From Deltaproteobacteria bacterium (GTDB lineage Bacteria > Myxococcota > Kuafuiibacteriia > Kuafuiibacteriales > Kuafuiibacteriaceae), in assembly GCA_040218735.1 (NCBI GenBank), contig JAVJQW010000038.1, positions 64,001 through 128,000 on the forward strand: DNA of 64,000 nt. Direction: 5' to 3'. Positions 33,478-45,839 of this stretch are shown here, one piece after another; position 1 is the stretch's first letter, and every line of letters begins with the position of its first letter. The notes beneath the pieces were generated by a model. That model was not told the origin of the DNA and made no database searches. It was given only the letters and a program-made list of their open reading frames with translations. Made by a program: the position numbers and the translations under genes.

Positions 33478-34905
33478 CTACCAGGCGACGGGGCGGTAGT
33501 CCTTCAGAAACTGGCCCCACACGTGCTCCTGGGTGTTCATGCCGACGAAGATCGGGTCGCAGATGCGCGCGGCGCCGTCGACGATGTCGAGCGGCGGTGT
33601 GAACCCCTCCGCAGCCTTCCGCTCCGCGATCGCGGCCGGGTCCTCGTCGGTGACCCACCCGGTGTCGACGCTGTTCATGTGGATACCGTCCTTCAGGTAG
33701 TCGGGCGCCGAGGTGCGGGTCATCATGTTGAGCGCCGCCTTGGCCATGTTCGTGTGCGGGTGTTTGTCGGTCTTGAACACCCGATAGAACTGCCCCTCCA
33801 TCGCGGACACGTTGACGATGTGTTTGTCGCGCGACGCGACGCGCAGCATCGCGGGTTTGAGGCGGGCGTTCAGCACGAAGGGCGCGACGGCGTTCACGAG
33901 GAACACCTCGAACAACTCCACGGTCTCGATCTCGTCGAGCCGCAGGCGCCAGCTGTTCGCGTCGCGCAAGTCGACTTGCTGCAGGTCCTGGTCGAGCGCG
34001 CCGAGCGGGTAAGCCGAGGTCTCGAGGTCCTCCGGGAGGAGCGGCACCTGCGTGAGCATCGCCGAGGTCAACGCATCGGCGACCGGCGTCAGCGCTCGGG
34101 ACGCAACGGTCGCGGGGAGGGCCTCGGTGGTCTCACCCTCGATCAGGTGCCGATAGAAGCCGGCGGGGCGTCGCACCGTCTGGCACGCGTTGTTGAGGAG
34201 GAAGTCGAGCCGCGGCTCGCGCTCGAGGAAGGCGCGCGTGAAGCGCTCGACGCTCGGGGTGTGGCGGAGGTCCAGCCCGTAGATCGCGAGGCGGTCGTCC
34301 CACTCCGCGTGGTCGTCTTCGTGGGAGAAGCGCTCGGCGGCGTCGATCGGAAACCGCGTGGTCACGACGACGCGCGCGCCCGCGCGCAGGAGCTTGATCG
34401 CCGCCTGGTACCCGATCTTCACACGTCCGCCGGTGACGAGCGCGGTTCGACCCGACAGGTCCGCGGTCTGCGTGCGCTTGGCCCAGTTCAGCTCGGCGCA
34501 GGGCGGGCACATCTGGTCGTAGAAGAAGTGCACGCGGTCGAACGACGCCTTGCAGACGTAACAGCTCCGCGCCTGCTCGACCTGGGGCCCCTCCGTCGCG
34601 CCGTCGCCTAGGAGGTTCTCGGGGGGCGGCGTGAGGAAGATCGCGTCGCGCCGCTTCTTGCGGATGCCGGTCTGCTCCAGCGCGGCGGTGTCCTTCTCTC
34701 GCGCCGCAGCCCGGTCGCGTTTGCCGAGGGCCTTGCGGAGCTTGCGCTCGGCGCGCCGGTCCGGCGCGGACACGCGCCCCGCCGCCGCCATCAGGCGGAC
34801 GCGGACGTCCTTGTCGAGCCCCGCGAGCACGCCACGGTCCGCCTCGATGGCCTCCAACAGCCGCGCGGCTTCCTCCGCGCGGCGCCGCAGCTCGTCGTCC
34901 GACAC
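33478..34905 (-). CDS. SDR family oxidoreductase with CxxC..CxxC motif
   Basis: CYVC..CPPC, LVTGGRVKIG, NNA, VNVS, HPHTNMAKAA. Start 34905 or 34917. Confidence 0.8.
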   Translation of the reverse strand: MSDDELRRRAEEAARLLEAIEADRGVLAGLDKDVRVRLMAAAGRVSAPDRRAERKLRKALGKRDRAAAREKDTAALEQTGIRKKRRDAIFLTPPPENLLGDGATEGPQVEQARSCYVCKASFDRVHFFYDQMCPPCAELNWAKRTQTADLSGRTALVTGGRVKIGYQAAIKLLRAGARVVVTTRFPIDAAERFSHEDDHAEWDDRLAIYGLDLRHTPSVERFTRAFLEREPRLDFLLNNACQTVRRPAGFYRHLIEGETTEALPATVASRALTPVADALTSAMLTQVPLLPEDLETSAYPLGALDQDLQQVDLRDANSWRLRLDEIETVELFEVFLVNAVAPFVLNARLKPAMLRVASRDKHIVNVSAMEGQFYRVFKTDKHPHTNMAKAALNMMTRTSAPDYLKDGIHMNSVDTGWVTDEDPAAIAERKAAEGFTPPLDIVDGAARICDPIFVGMNTQEHVWGQFLKDYRPVAW

Positions 34906-34985
34906 CTCGGCGAGCACCTGTAGCGGGCGCGCTTCACTTTGCCAAAGATCGTTTCCGGACCCGGTGCGTTCGAGGTGCCCACACC

Positions 34986-37154
34986 ATGAAGCCACGCAGC
35001 ACCGCCGCCCTCACCACCGCCCTCGTCCTGGCCGCCTCCGGCCTCGCCGAGGCCTCCGACTACCGGGACGACACCTGTAAGGAGCTCGTCGTCTCGATGG
35101 CGCGCCAGGCCGTCCAGCAGCGCGTCGCGGCCACCATTCGGAGGACGCCCGAGGTCGAAGAGACCCGCTCGATCGCCGACACGTTCGTGCGGTCCGTGAC
35201 CGGGCGCTCCGCGGAGCCCAAACCCGCACCCCCGACCGCCGGAGCCTCCGCGGCGCCGCCTGCGCCGTCGGCCGACGCCCCGATGGACGCCGCGCCGCGT
35301 CGCGAGTCTCGCCGCGCCCCTTCGCGTCGCAGAGCGGACAGCGCCGACGCCAAGGCCAAGGGCCCCGCGAGTTACACGAAGACGAACACGCAGGAGCTCG
35401 AGGTCGACGAGGGTGACATCGTCAAGACGAACGGGCGCTACATCTTCCACATCACGTCGATGCACAACGCCGCGCCCGGCTACATGCGCAAGGAGCTCCG
35501 CATCTACCAGAGCTGGCCGGTCCGCACGCCGCGCCTCGTCGGCCGCTACGTCGTCCCGCCCCAGCTCGCGCACGGTGGCATCGAGCAGCTCTACATCCAC
35601 GACGGCCACGTCGCGATGATCGCCCGCGTCAGCGCGGCGCACGGCGCTCGCGGCGCGGACGAAGGCACCCGCCTCGGCACGGGCCAGATCGCGCTCGGCC
35701 GCAACCTCGTCTCGCGCGTGCTCGTCCTCGACGTTCGTAACCCTGCGAACCCCACGCTCGTCCGCCACGTCGACCTCGACGGCAACTTCCTCCAGTCGCG
35801 CATGATCGGCTCACGCCTGTACCTCGCGACGATCTCGCGGCCGCTCGGGCTGCCCGTTGCGCTGCACGACGACATCAACCGAACCACGCAGCGCCTCGCG
35901 CAGGAAGGCGTCGAAGCCATCCTCTCGGACCTCGGTGACCGCTGGGATGCCGGCACGATCGACATCGGCATCCCGCGTGTCCGTGAGGTCGCCGCCAACG
36001 CGCCGTCGCGCCCGATTTACGCGTGCAGCGACCTCCTCCACGACGCGTCGCAGCCGCACGCCTCCATCCTGAACCTCGCGCACGTCGACCTCGCGAACAC
36101 CACGCCGACCAACGGTGCGGGCATGAACGGCTACCTCAGCGCGTCGCAGCTGTACGCGTCGGAGGGGGCCTTCTACGTCGCGTCGCCGCACGGTGCACAG
36201 TCGTTCATTCGCAAGTTCGAGATCGGTCGCGCCGGCAAGCCGAGCTTCGTCGCCGAAGGCAAGGTGCCGGGCGCGCTCCTCAACCAGTTCGCCATGAGTG
36301 AGTTCGGCGGCCACCTCCGCGTCGCGACCAGCGTCAACTGGCAGAACAACGGTGTCTACGTCCTGCGGCAGCGCGGTGAGCGCCTCGAGCAGGTTGGCGC
36401 GGTCAGCGGCCTCGCGCCTGGCGAGCGCATCTTCGCGGTCCGTATGATGGGCCCGAAGGGGTACGTGGTGACGTTCCGTCGCACCGACCCGCTCTACACG
36501 ATCGACCTGTCGAACCCGCAGTTCCCGCGCGTCGTCGGTGCGCTGAAGATCGAAGGTTTCTCGAACTACCTGCATCCGCTCGGCGATGGTCACCTGCTCG
36601 CCGTCGGCCAGGACGCGGACGCGCGCGGTCGCTCCCTCGGCTTCCACCTGCAGATCTTCGACGTGAGCGACATGACCAACCCGCGCCGCGTGCACCACGA
36701 AAAACTCGACGCCGGGTCGATGAGCTCCAGCCAGTCCGACCACCACGCGTTCATGTTCGAGCCCGAGACGAACACGCTCGCCATCCCGTGGAAGGGCAGG
36801 AACTACTACGGCCTCGTCGCGTACCGCGTCGACGCAAAGCGTGGGTTCTCGTCGCTCGGTCGTGTGAACCACGCGCTCATGTACAAGCGTTACTTCCGCA
36901 ACGTCTGCCGCGGAAGCGAGCAGACCGAGTGTGGGAACCGCAACTATTGGTGGCGCTTCTTCAACGCCAACGACCTCGACGTGGATCGGGTCGTCGCCAT
37001 CGATGGGCACTTGTTCTCGATGAGCCGCAGCGGGCTGATGGTCCACGCCGTCGGGCGCAAGCTGCGCCAGCGTGCTTCGGTTTTGGTGAAGGAGCCGGCC
37101 TGGCGGCCGAGCGACACGTCGGGCGCGACGGTGGCTACTGGGCCTCGATGGTGA
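34986..37154 (+). CDS. Secreted beta-propeller domain protein
   Basis: Signal peptide; TNTQELEVDEGDIVKTNG, LNQFAMSE.GGHLRVAT, GERIFAVR, YVVTFRRTDPL, GFSNYLHP. Confidence 0.85.
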   Translation: MKPRSTAALTTALVLAASGLAEASDYRDDTCKELVVSMARQAVQQRVAATIRRTPEVEETRSIADTFVRSVTGRSAEPKPAPPTAGASAAPPAPSADAPMDAAPRRESRRAPSRRRADSADAKAKGPASYTKTNTQELEVDEGDIVKTNGRYIFHITSMHNAAPGYMRKELRIYQSWPVRTPRLVGRYVVPPQLAHGGIEQLYIHDGHVAMIARVSAAHGARGADEGTRLGTGQIALGRNLVSRVLVLDVRNPANPTLVRHVDLDGNFLQSRMIGSRLYLATISRPLGLPVALHDDINRTTQRLAQEGVEAILSDLGDRWDAGTIDIGIPRVREVAANAPSRPIYACSDLLHDASQPHASILNLAHVDLANTTPTNGAGMNGYLSASQLYASEGAFYVASPHGAQSFIRKFEIGRAGKPSFVAEGKVPGALLNQFAMSEFGGHLRVATSVNWQNNGVYVLRQRGERLEQVGAVSGLAPGERIFAVRMMGPKGYVVTFRRTDPLYTIDLSNPQFPRVVGALKIEGFSNYLHPLGDGHLLAVGQDADARGRSLGFHLQIFDVSDMTNPRRVHHEKLDAGSMSSSQSDHHAFMFEPETNTLAIPWKGRNYYGLVAYRVDAKRGFSSLGRVNHALMYKRYFRNVCRGSEQTECGNRNYWWRFFNANDLDVDRVVAIDGHLFSMSRSGLMVHAVGRKLRQRASVLVKEPAWRPSDTSGATVATGPRW

Positions 37155-37575
37155 AGGTCTTCAGGGCGGTCGCCCCGTCCAGGACCTTGAACTCCCACTT
37201 GCCTTCCTTCTTGAGTGTGAACGCGCGCCACGTCCGGGTGCGCAACCCCTGACCCTTGATCTTGACGTCCTTCGTGGCGCGCACGACGCCCTCGTGCACG
37301 GCCTGGATCATGAGCTCCTTCTCGTCGCCCTTCGGCACGAGGTAGGTCAGGTGTACGTTCACGGTCTCGCCCTTGCTCGCGTCCGCGCCGAAGGCCTCGT
37401 TGCAGTCGAACTTCTTCTCCTTGTTCTTCTTCTCGACGTCCTTGCAGAGCACCCCCTCCACGAGGACGGGGGCTTGGCCTTGCCCGTGGTAGAAGAAGTC
37501 GATCACCGACTTGGCGGCGTCGGGCGTCGGAGGCGCGGCGGTGAGGGTGAGTGCGATCAGCGTAGCGGTCAGCAT
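37135..37575 (-). CDS. Secreted hypothetical protein (DUF2914-like C-terminus)
   Basis: Signal peptide; RTRTW..GKWEFKVLD..F.I. Confidence 0.6.
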   Translation of the reverse strand: MLTATLIALTLTAAPPTPDAAKSVIDFFYHGQGQAPVLVEGVLCKDVEKKNKEKKFDCNEAFGADASKGETVNVHLTYLVPKGDEKELMIQAVHEGVVRATKDVKIKGQGLRTRTWRAFTLKKEGKWEFKVLDGATALKTFTIEAQ

Positions 37576-37658
37576 GGGCGCCGAGTCGAACCCAATCTGC
37601 GCCCGCGATCAAATCACGTCGTGGACCGCTCGCAGGCGGGCGTGGCAAGTGTGGGTGC

Positions 37659-38024
37659 GTGCAAGCGATCAACCTGCGTGAAAAGCTCGCGAAGTTCGAC
37701 GACGTCTATCACCCGCGCGTCGTCGCTGCGCTGAACGGCCAGCTGGTGAAGGTCGTCAAGGTGGAGGGGGCGTTCCCGTGGCACAGCCACGCCGACGAAG
37801 ACGAGCTGTTCTGGGTCCTCGACGGGGAGATGGACCTAGAGTTCCGCGATCACGTCGTGCACCTCGGACCGGGGGAGCTGTGTGTCGTGCCGCGCGGCGT
37901 CGAGCACCGTCCGAACGCAAAGACGCGCGCGAGCGTGGTGTTGTTCGAGCCGGCCTCGGTGCGCAGCACGGGCGAGGTCGACCACGAACACACCGTCGAG
38001 GTCGACGACCTGGAGTGGGTATGA
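37659..38024 (+). CDS. Cupin domain protein
   Basis: FPWHSHADEDELF..GELCVVPRGVEHRP. Confidence 0.9.
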   Translation: MQAINLREKLAKFDDVYHPRVVAALNGQLVKVVKVEGAFPWHSHADEDELFWVLDGEMDLEFRDHVVHLGPGELCVVPRGVEHRPNAKTRASVVLFEPASVRSTGEVDHEHTVEVDDLEWV

Positions 38025-38566
38025 GCGTCCCGAAGTGGCTGCAGGCCGCACGGGATCAGTGGAAGAACCGCGGGCGGTCGCGCCCATCGTTCGCGGTCGA
38101 GCCCGGACCGGATCAGGAGTCGGTCTGGGACTACCCACGGCCGCCGGCGGTCGTTGCCGACCAGCGCCCCGTCGAAGTCTTCGCGCCGGACGGTGCGCGC
38201 ATCGCGCGCGCGGAGGCGACCGTGCGGGTCCTCGAGACCTCACACCCGCCGACGTTCTACCTACCGCCGGAGTCGTTCGTCGACGGCGCGCTCACCGTGG
38301 TGCCGGGTTCGAGTCACTGCGAGTGGAAGGGCGAGGCCGAGTACGTCGCGCTCGCGGGCACGACGAAGATGGTGGGTTGGCGTTATCCGAAGCCGTACCC
38401 AGAGTTCGCGGCGCACGCCGGGTGGGTTTGTTTCTACCCGGGGCGCATCGATTGTTTCGTCGACGGTGAGAAGGTCCGTCCGCAGCCGGGAGGGTTCTAC
38501 GGCGGTTGGATCACGGACGACGTGGTCGGCCCGTTCAAGGGCGAGCCAGGGACCGGCGGCTGGTAG
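38021..38566 (+). CDS. DUF427 family protein
   Basis: ESVWDYPRPP, VLETSHPPTFY, CEWKG, FYGGWIT; ATG 38021 overlaps the cupin stop. Confidence 0.85.
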   Translation: MSVPKWLQAARDQWKNRGRSRPSFAVEPGPDQESVWDYPRPPAVVADQRPVEVFAPDGARIARAEATVRVLETSHPPTFYLPPESFVDGALTVVPGSSHCEWKGEAEYVALAGTTKMVGWRYPKPYPEFAAHAGWVCFYPGRIDCFVDGEKVRPQPGGFYGGWITDDVVGPFKGEPGTGGW

Positions 38567-38650
38567 AGCGGCGCACGTTACGCCGCGGTGACGTCACCCC
38601 GAGATGTTCCAGGCTGATGCGTCGGCACGCCCGAAGCATGAGTCGAGGGC

Positions 38651-38878
38651 ATGCGATACGCACTCTTCATCATCGGGTTCGGTCTCGTTCTCGTCGGAGG
38701 CGCGATTGGCTACGTGGGTGACATGCCCATCAACAACCCGGCCTACACGTCCCTGTCGTTGATGGCCATCGGCGGCGTGATGCTCGCGTTCGGGGTCGCG
38801 GTCCTGCTCCTCACCGGGGCGGTCGGGAGCTCGGACGAGGACGGAAGCGGCAAGCCCGAGGGCTTCATTCGGCCGTAG
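38651..38878 (+). CDS. Small two-TM membrane protein (75 aa)
   Basis: Two hydrophobic helices; codon usage typical. Confidence 0.6.
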   Translation: MRYALFIIGFGLVLVGGAIGYVGDMPINNPAYTSLSLMAIGGVMLAFGVAVLLLTGAVGSSDEDGSGKPEGFIRP

Positions 38879-39802
38879 TCGACGCGGCGCGGACTGCCTC
38901 GTCGAGGTCGGGGAACACGCGCCCGATCTTGCGGACGAGGTAGTCACCGTACGTGCCCTCGAACGCACGCACGCTCTCCTGATCCCAGCGCGTGTGTTCG
39001 TCGTCGAGGACGGCGGTCCCGGGCAGCGGCTCGATCACCGCGTCGAGCGACGGGTCGAAGAAGAACGGGAACGACAACCGCGATCGGCTCGACGGGTTCT
39101 GCACGCGGTGCAGCGTCGAGCGGTACAGCCCGCCGGTGAGTCGGTCGAGCATGTCGCCGAGGTTCACGACGAACGTCCCGGGGATCGGCGGCGCCGCGAT
39201 CCAACCGTCGGGGCCCTTCACCTCGAGCCCGCCGACGTCGTCCTGCAGGAGGATCGTCAACAGTCCGTAGTCCGCGTGCGCGCCGACGCTCCACGCATTG
39301 GGCCGCGGCAGCGGCGGGTAGTGGAAGATGCGGAAGAGGATCAGCGGGTCGTCCGTGTACCGCGCGCGGAAGTAGTCGCGCGGAAGCGACAGCGACGCCG
39401 CGATGTTGGCCGTCAGCCGGTGCCCGAGCTTGGTCATGGCGTCGACGTACGCGAGCACCACGTCGCGCATCGTCTCGGACGCGAACAGGTTGGGCCCCAC
39501 GAGCCGCCGCCCGTCCGCCTCGCGCTCCGCGCCGAAGTAGAGGCCTTCCTTTTCGTCCGGAACGCCCGACGTCAGCTCGCCGTGCAGCGGGAAGTAGCCT
39601 CGCCACGCGCGGCCGCCCTTCGCCATGGCGATCGCCATCTTCTCTTCGACGGGCCGCGCGAAGAACGCGCGTGCGACGGCGTCGAGCTCCGTGAGGAGCC
39701 CGGCGTCGATGTCGCTTCGAACGTAGAAGAATCCGAACCGCCGACACGCCTCGCCGATGCGCTCCGCGGCATCGGCGTCGGACAGGTCGACGACGGGGAG
39801 CA

Positions 39803-39803
<1 letters not shown>
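38865..39803 (-). CDS. Isopenicillin N synthase-like 2OG-Fe(II) oxygenase
   Basis: LPVVDL, ACRRFGFFY, HADYG, NLGDML, STLHRV, RLSFPFF. Confidence 0.9.
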
Positions 39804-42199
<2,396 letters not shown>

Positions 42200-42242
42200 A
42201 GGCCGCGGATCGTGGCACCCGCGGGCGACGCGCGCAACGCGA

Positions 42243-42560
42243 TTACTCGGTGAACTCGAAGGTGAAGGTGAGGACGTGTCCCTTGTTCACCTTCACGTCC
42301 ATCTCGGTCTCGTCGCCGCCTTTCACGAGGCGGACCGTGTGCATACCCGGGCGCGTGCGGGTTTGTTTGAGGTCCCCGGCCTTCCCGAGCTTCTTGCCGT
42401 CCATGTAGATCTCCACCTCGGCGGGCTGGACCTTCCACGCGATGGCCGTCTCGACCTTCGCCCGCTTCTTGACGGGTTCGGGCGTCGGGGCCGCGTACGG
42501 GGCCCACGCGGTCGAGAGCGCGAACAGGGTGAGGGCGAGCAGGGGGATCAAGCGCCGCAT
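42243..42560 (-). CDS. PEGA domain secreted protein
   Basis: Signal peptide; [21 protein letters not shown]; promoter TTGCCA-17-CATGCT 6 nt before ATG 42560. Confidence 0.7.
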   Translation of the reverse strand: MRRLIPLLALTLFALSTAWAPYAAPTPEPVKKRAKVETAIAWKVQPAEVEIYMDGKKLGKAGDLKQTRTRPGMHTVRLVKGGDETEMDVKVNKGHVLTFTFEFTE

Positions 42561-42648
42561 GCGCCGAGCATGGTGAATCGGCACGAACTTGGCAATTCGG
42601 ACGTCTGACGGGCCGTCGACACCGCCGGGCGAACCCCCGGCGACTGTG

Positions 42649-43995
42649 TCATTCGGAGATATCGGGGAGGACGGCGAGGACGTCGAGGCCCGTCTGCTCC
42701 TCGAACTCCTTGGCGTCGAGGAAGCGCTGCCGGAAGGCCTCCCGGAGGAACGCCAGGAACAGCCCGATCATCGCCGTCACCGCCATCCCGGTCATCAGGA
42801 AGAGGTTCCGCTCCGGCTTCGCCGGCAGCTCGGGGATACGAGGGACGTCGACCAGCGAGAAGTTGTCCGTGAAGTTCGAGGACCCCATCACGCGGTCCTG
42901 CTCCGTCTTCACCTTCCGCTCCTTGAGGGCCCGCAGCTGCGACTCGTACTGCGCGGCCTCCAGGCTGACCTCCGCCCACTGCTGCTGTAGGCGCGGCTTC
43001 CGGATCGCGCGCTTTTCGATGTCGATCTTCTGTTTGTGCAGCGACTCGATCTTTGCCTTCGCCGCCGCGACGCAGTCCGCCTGCGACATGCCCGGCTTCA
43101 GCCCGGACATCGACTCGTCCTGCTCCTTTTCACACTGGCGCTCCGCCTTCTCGACGCGGTCGTTCATCGCGAGCACCGAGGGGTGCTGCGGCGTGTACTG
43201 CGTGAGGAGCTTCTGCTCTTCGGCGCGCAGGCGCGCGAGGGCCTGGCACTTCGGCCCGTTGGTCGGGCGCCGCGCGGTGACGGGCTTCGGGCCGCCGTAA
43301 CACGCGCGAAGGTTCTGCTCGGCGCGGGTGATCTTCGCCTGCAGGGCGCCCATCGGGGAGCCGTCGTCGATGAAGAGGTCCTGGTTCTTGATCGCGATGG
43401 TCGGGTGTTTGGCCTTGAACTCGTACAGCTTGCCGCGGGCGTCCTCGACCTTGGGCATCAGCTCGCTGATCGCGCGGTTGAGGGCGTCGATCTGCCGGTC
43501 GTACGGCGCGTAGAGCAGGCGCTCGAACGTCGACAGCACCCGCTCGACCACGAACGCGACGACGCGCTGCGCTTCGCGTGGGTTGCGGGACTCGAAGATG
43601 ACCTCGATCTGCCCCTGGCTGTTCTTGATGATCAGCTCACGACGCATCCGCCGCAGCGAGATCGTGTACGGCATGTTCGCGCGTGTGCTGGGGAAGAGGT
43701 CGAGCTCGTTGATGATGAGCATCATCTCTTCGTTCGAGTTGAGGTTGCGCATGCCGCGGTTGACGAACTTCCGTGAGAAGTCCGCGTCCATGCCTTCGGT
43801 GCGCACCGTGATCGAGCCGTACGACGCGTAGATCTTCGGCTCCGTCTTGTACTTGTAGACGGTGATGCCGGCGCCGATGATCGCGACGAGCACGAGCAGC
43901 AGCTTCTGCCGCATCAGTACGCGCTGAACGAGGATGAAGGGGTCGATCTGGAGCCGGATGCTACCCAGCTCAATCTCCTTGCCCTTTTTCGCCAT
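42649..43995 (-). CDS. Wzc/GumC-like polysaccharide co-polymerase lacking kinase domain
   Basis: Two TM helices flanking a coiled-coil; LYEFKAKH, YTPQHPSV, PELPAKP, GLDVLAVLP; SD GGAGG before ATG 43995. Confidence 0.75.
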   Translation of the reverse strand: MAKKGKEIELGSIRLQIDPFILVQRVLMRQKLLLVLVAIIGAGITVYKYKTEPKIYASYGSITVRTEGMDADFSRKFVNRGMRNLNSNEEMMLIINELDLFPSTRANMPYTISLRRMRRELIIKNSQGQIEVIFESRNPREAQRVVAFVVERVLSTFERLLYAPYDRQIDALNRAISELMPKVEDARGKLYEFKAKHPTIAIKNQDLFIDDGSPMGALQAKITRAEQNLRACYGGPKPVTARRPTNGPKCQALARLRAEEQKLLTQYTPQHPSVLAMNDRVEKAERQCEKEQDESMSGLKPGMSQADCVAAAKAKIESLHKQKIDIEKRAIRKPRLQQQWAEVSLEAAQYESQLRALKERKVKTEQDRVMGSSNFTDNFSLVDVPRIPELPAKPERNLFLMTGMAVTAMIGLFLAFLREAFRQRFLDAKEFEEQTGLDVLAVLPDISE

Positions 43996-44015
43996 CCCCC
44001 TCCACATACCACCAA

Positions 44016-44939
44016 ATGGGGACGGCCGTGAGTATCAACGGGACGCTCGTCGCGCCCGAGGACGCCCGCGTCTCGGTCTTCGACCGGGGCTTTCTGTACG
44101 GCGATTCGGTGTACGAGGTGGTGCGGACCTACAAGGGCGTGCCTTTCGAGCTCGAGAAGCACCTCGCTCGGCTGGAGAGCTCCGCGGCGCGCATCCACAT
44201 GGCGCTCCCCGCCTCGCTCGACGAGATCCGTGCCGACATCGCGGCCGCCCACGTGGCGAGCGGGAACGACGACTCCTACGTCCGGGTCGTCGTGACGCGC
44301 GGCGCCGGGCCGATCGGCCTCGACCCTGCGATGGCGATCGACCCCCTGCGGATCGTGGTGGCGCGGGAGCTGTCGCCGCCGCCGCCGGAGGCGTACGCGG
44401 ATGGCGTGAAGATCGCGCTGGTGTCGGTGCGGCGAAACCTCCGGTCCGCGATCGACCCCGCCGCGAAGACCGGCAACTACCTCAACTCGGTCATGGCGCT
44501 CGCCGAGGCACGCGAGCGCGGCGCCCACGAAGCCGTGATGCTCGACCACCGCGACTACGTCACCGAGGGCGCGTCCTCGAACGTGTTCGCCGTGATGGAG
44601 CGGGCGGTGCTCACCCCTCCGCTCGACGCCGGCATCCTGGAGGGCGTCACCCGCGGCGTGGTGTTCGAGGTCGCGCGGCGCGCGGGCCTGCGGGTGATCG
44701 AGCTGCCGCTCACCGAGGCCGCGCTGGAGCACGCGGACGAGGTCTTCATCACCTCGTCGATCCGCGAGATCGTCCCGGTCGTGCGGGTCGACGATCGTGT
44801 GGTCGGCTCGGGGCGACCGGGGCCGGTCTACAAACGGATCCGCCAGCTGTTCGACGAGTACGTCGAGCAGTACGTGCTTACGCATCGTCCGCGAGCGCGG
44901 TCGGCGTCGTCGGCAGGCGCGCCCGATCGTACGAGCTGA
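44016..44939 (+). CDS. Class IV PLP aminotransferase (IlvE/Dat/PabC-like)
   Basis: DRGFLYGDSVYE, HLARL, KTGNY, EGASSN, LEGVTR. Confidence 0.9.
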   Translation: MGTAVSINGTLVAPEDARVSVFDRGFLYGDSVYEVVRTYKGVPFELEKHLARLESSAARIHMALPASLDEIRADIAAAHVASGNDDSYVRVVVTRGAGPIGLDPAMAIDPLRIVVARELSPPPPEAYADGVKIALVSVRRNLRSAIDPAAKTGNYLNSVMALAEARERGAHEAVMLDHRDYVTEGASSNVFAVMERAVLTPPLDAGILEGVTRGVVFEVARRAGLRVIELPLTEAALEHADEVFITSSIREIVPVVRVDDRVVGSGRPGPVYKRIRQLFDEYVEQYVLTHRPRARSASSAGAPDRTS

Positions 44940-45774
44940 GGAGCTCGTCGGGGCGAATCGCGGCTTCGGTCGTGAGGTCGAGCGAGCGGGCGAGGGCGCC
45001 CACGATCCGCTCCGGTGACTCGCCGAGCGTCCGGATCGGCTGCGCGCGGTGCCGCTTCGCGAGGCGCTTGCCCTCGGCGTCGACGACCAGCGGGACGTGC
45101 ACGGACTCGGGGGGCGGCGCGTCCGGATCCAGCAGCGATCGGAGCAGCAGCTGCCGGGGTGTCGAGTCGAAGAGATCGGCGCCGCGGACGATGCACGTCA
45201 CGCCCTGCGCGAGGTCGTCCACCGTCACGGCGAGCTGGTAGGCCCACAGGCCGTCGGCGCGCTTCAGGACGAAGTCCCCCACGACGTCGTGGACGTTCTG
45301 CTCGATTCCGCCGAGCCGGGCGTCGATGTGGGTGAACACGTCGTGCTCCTCCGTACGGAGGCGTATGGCCGGCGTTCGTTCACCATACGGTTCCGTACGG
45401 TCTCGGCAGGTCCCGGGATACCGTGCTGAAGGGCCGTGCGGCGCGGAGGCCTCGCGGATCTGTTTACGGCTGCACGTGCACGCGAAGGTCCGGCCGAGCG
45501 CCCCGAGCCGCTCGAGCGCGGCTGCGTAGGCGTCGGTGCGCTGGCTCTGCCAGGTGGGCTCGTCGTCCCAGTCGAGCCCCAGCCATTCGAGGTCGGCGAG
45601 GATGCTGTCCGCCGCGCCTTCGACGGTGCGCGGTCCATCGATGTCCTCGATGCGCATCAGCAGGCGGCCGCCGTGGTGGCGGGCGTCGAGCCAGGCGACG
45701 AGGCTGGTGCGCGCGATGCCGAGGTGGACGTGGCCGGTGGGGCTCGGGGCGAGGCGTCCGACGTACACCGACAC
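44878..45774 (-). CDS. gluQ: Glutamyl-queuosine tRNA(Asp) synthetase
   Basis: RLAPSPTGHVHLG, RIEDID, CxC..Y..C zinc site (CTCSR..YPGTC), AYQLAVTVDD, KRLAKR; no anticodon-binding domain. Confidence 0.9.
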   Translation of the reverse strand: MSVYVGRLAPSPTGHVHLGIARTSLVAWLDARHHGGRLLMRIEDIDGPRTVEGAADSILADLEWLGLDWDDEPTWQSQRTDAYAAALERLGALGRTFACTCSRKQIREASAPHGPSARYPGTCRDRTEPYGERTPAIRLRTEEHDVFTHIDARLGGIEQNVHDVVGDFVLKRADGLWAYQLAVTVDDLAQGVTCIVRGADLFDSTPRQLLLRSLLDPDAPPPESVHVPLVVDAEGKRLAKRHRAQPIRTLGESPERIVGALARSLDLTTEAAIRPDELLSSYDRARLPTTPTALADDA

Positions 45775-45839
45775 CGCGTCTACTCGAATGGCGCGCCGGT
45801 ATTCAAGCTCCGGAGCGGACGGCCGATCTGGTTTCGACG

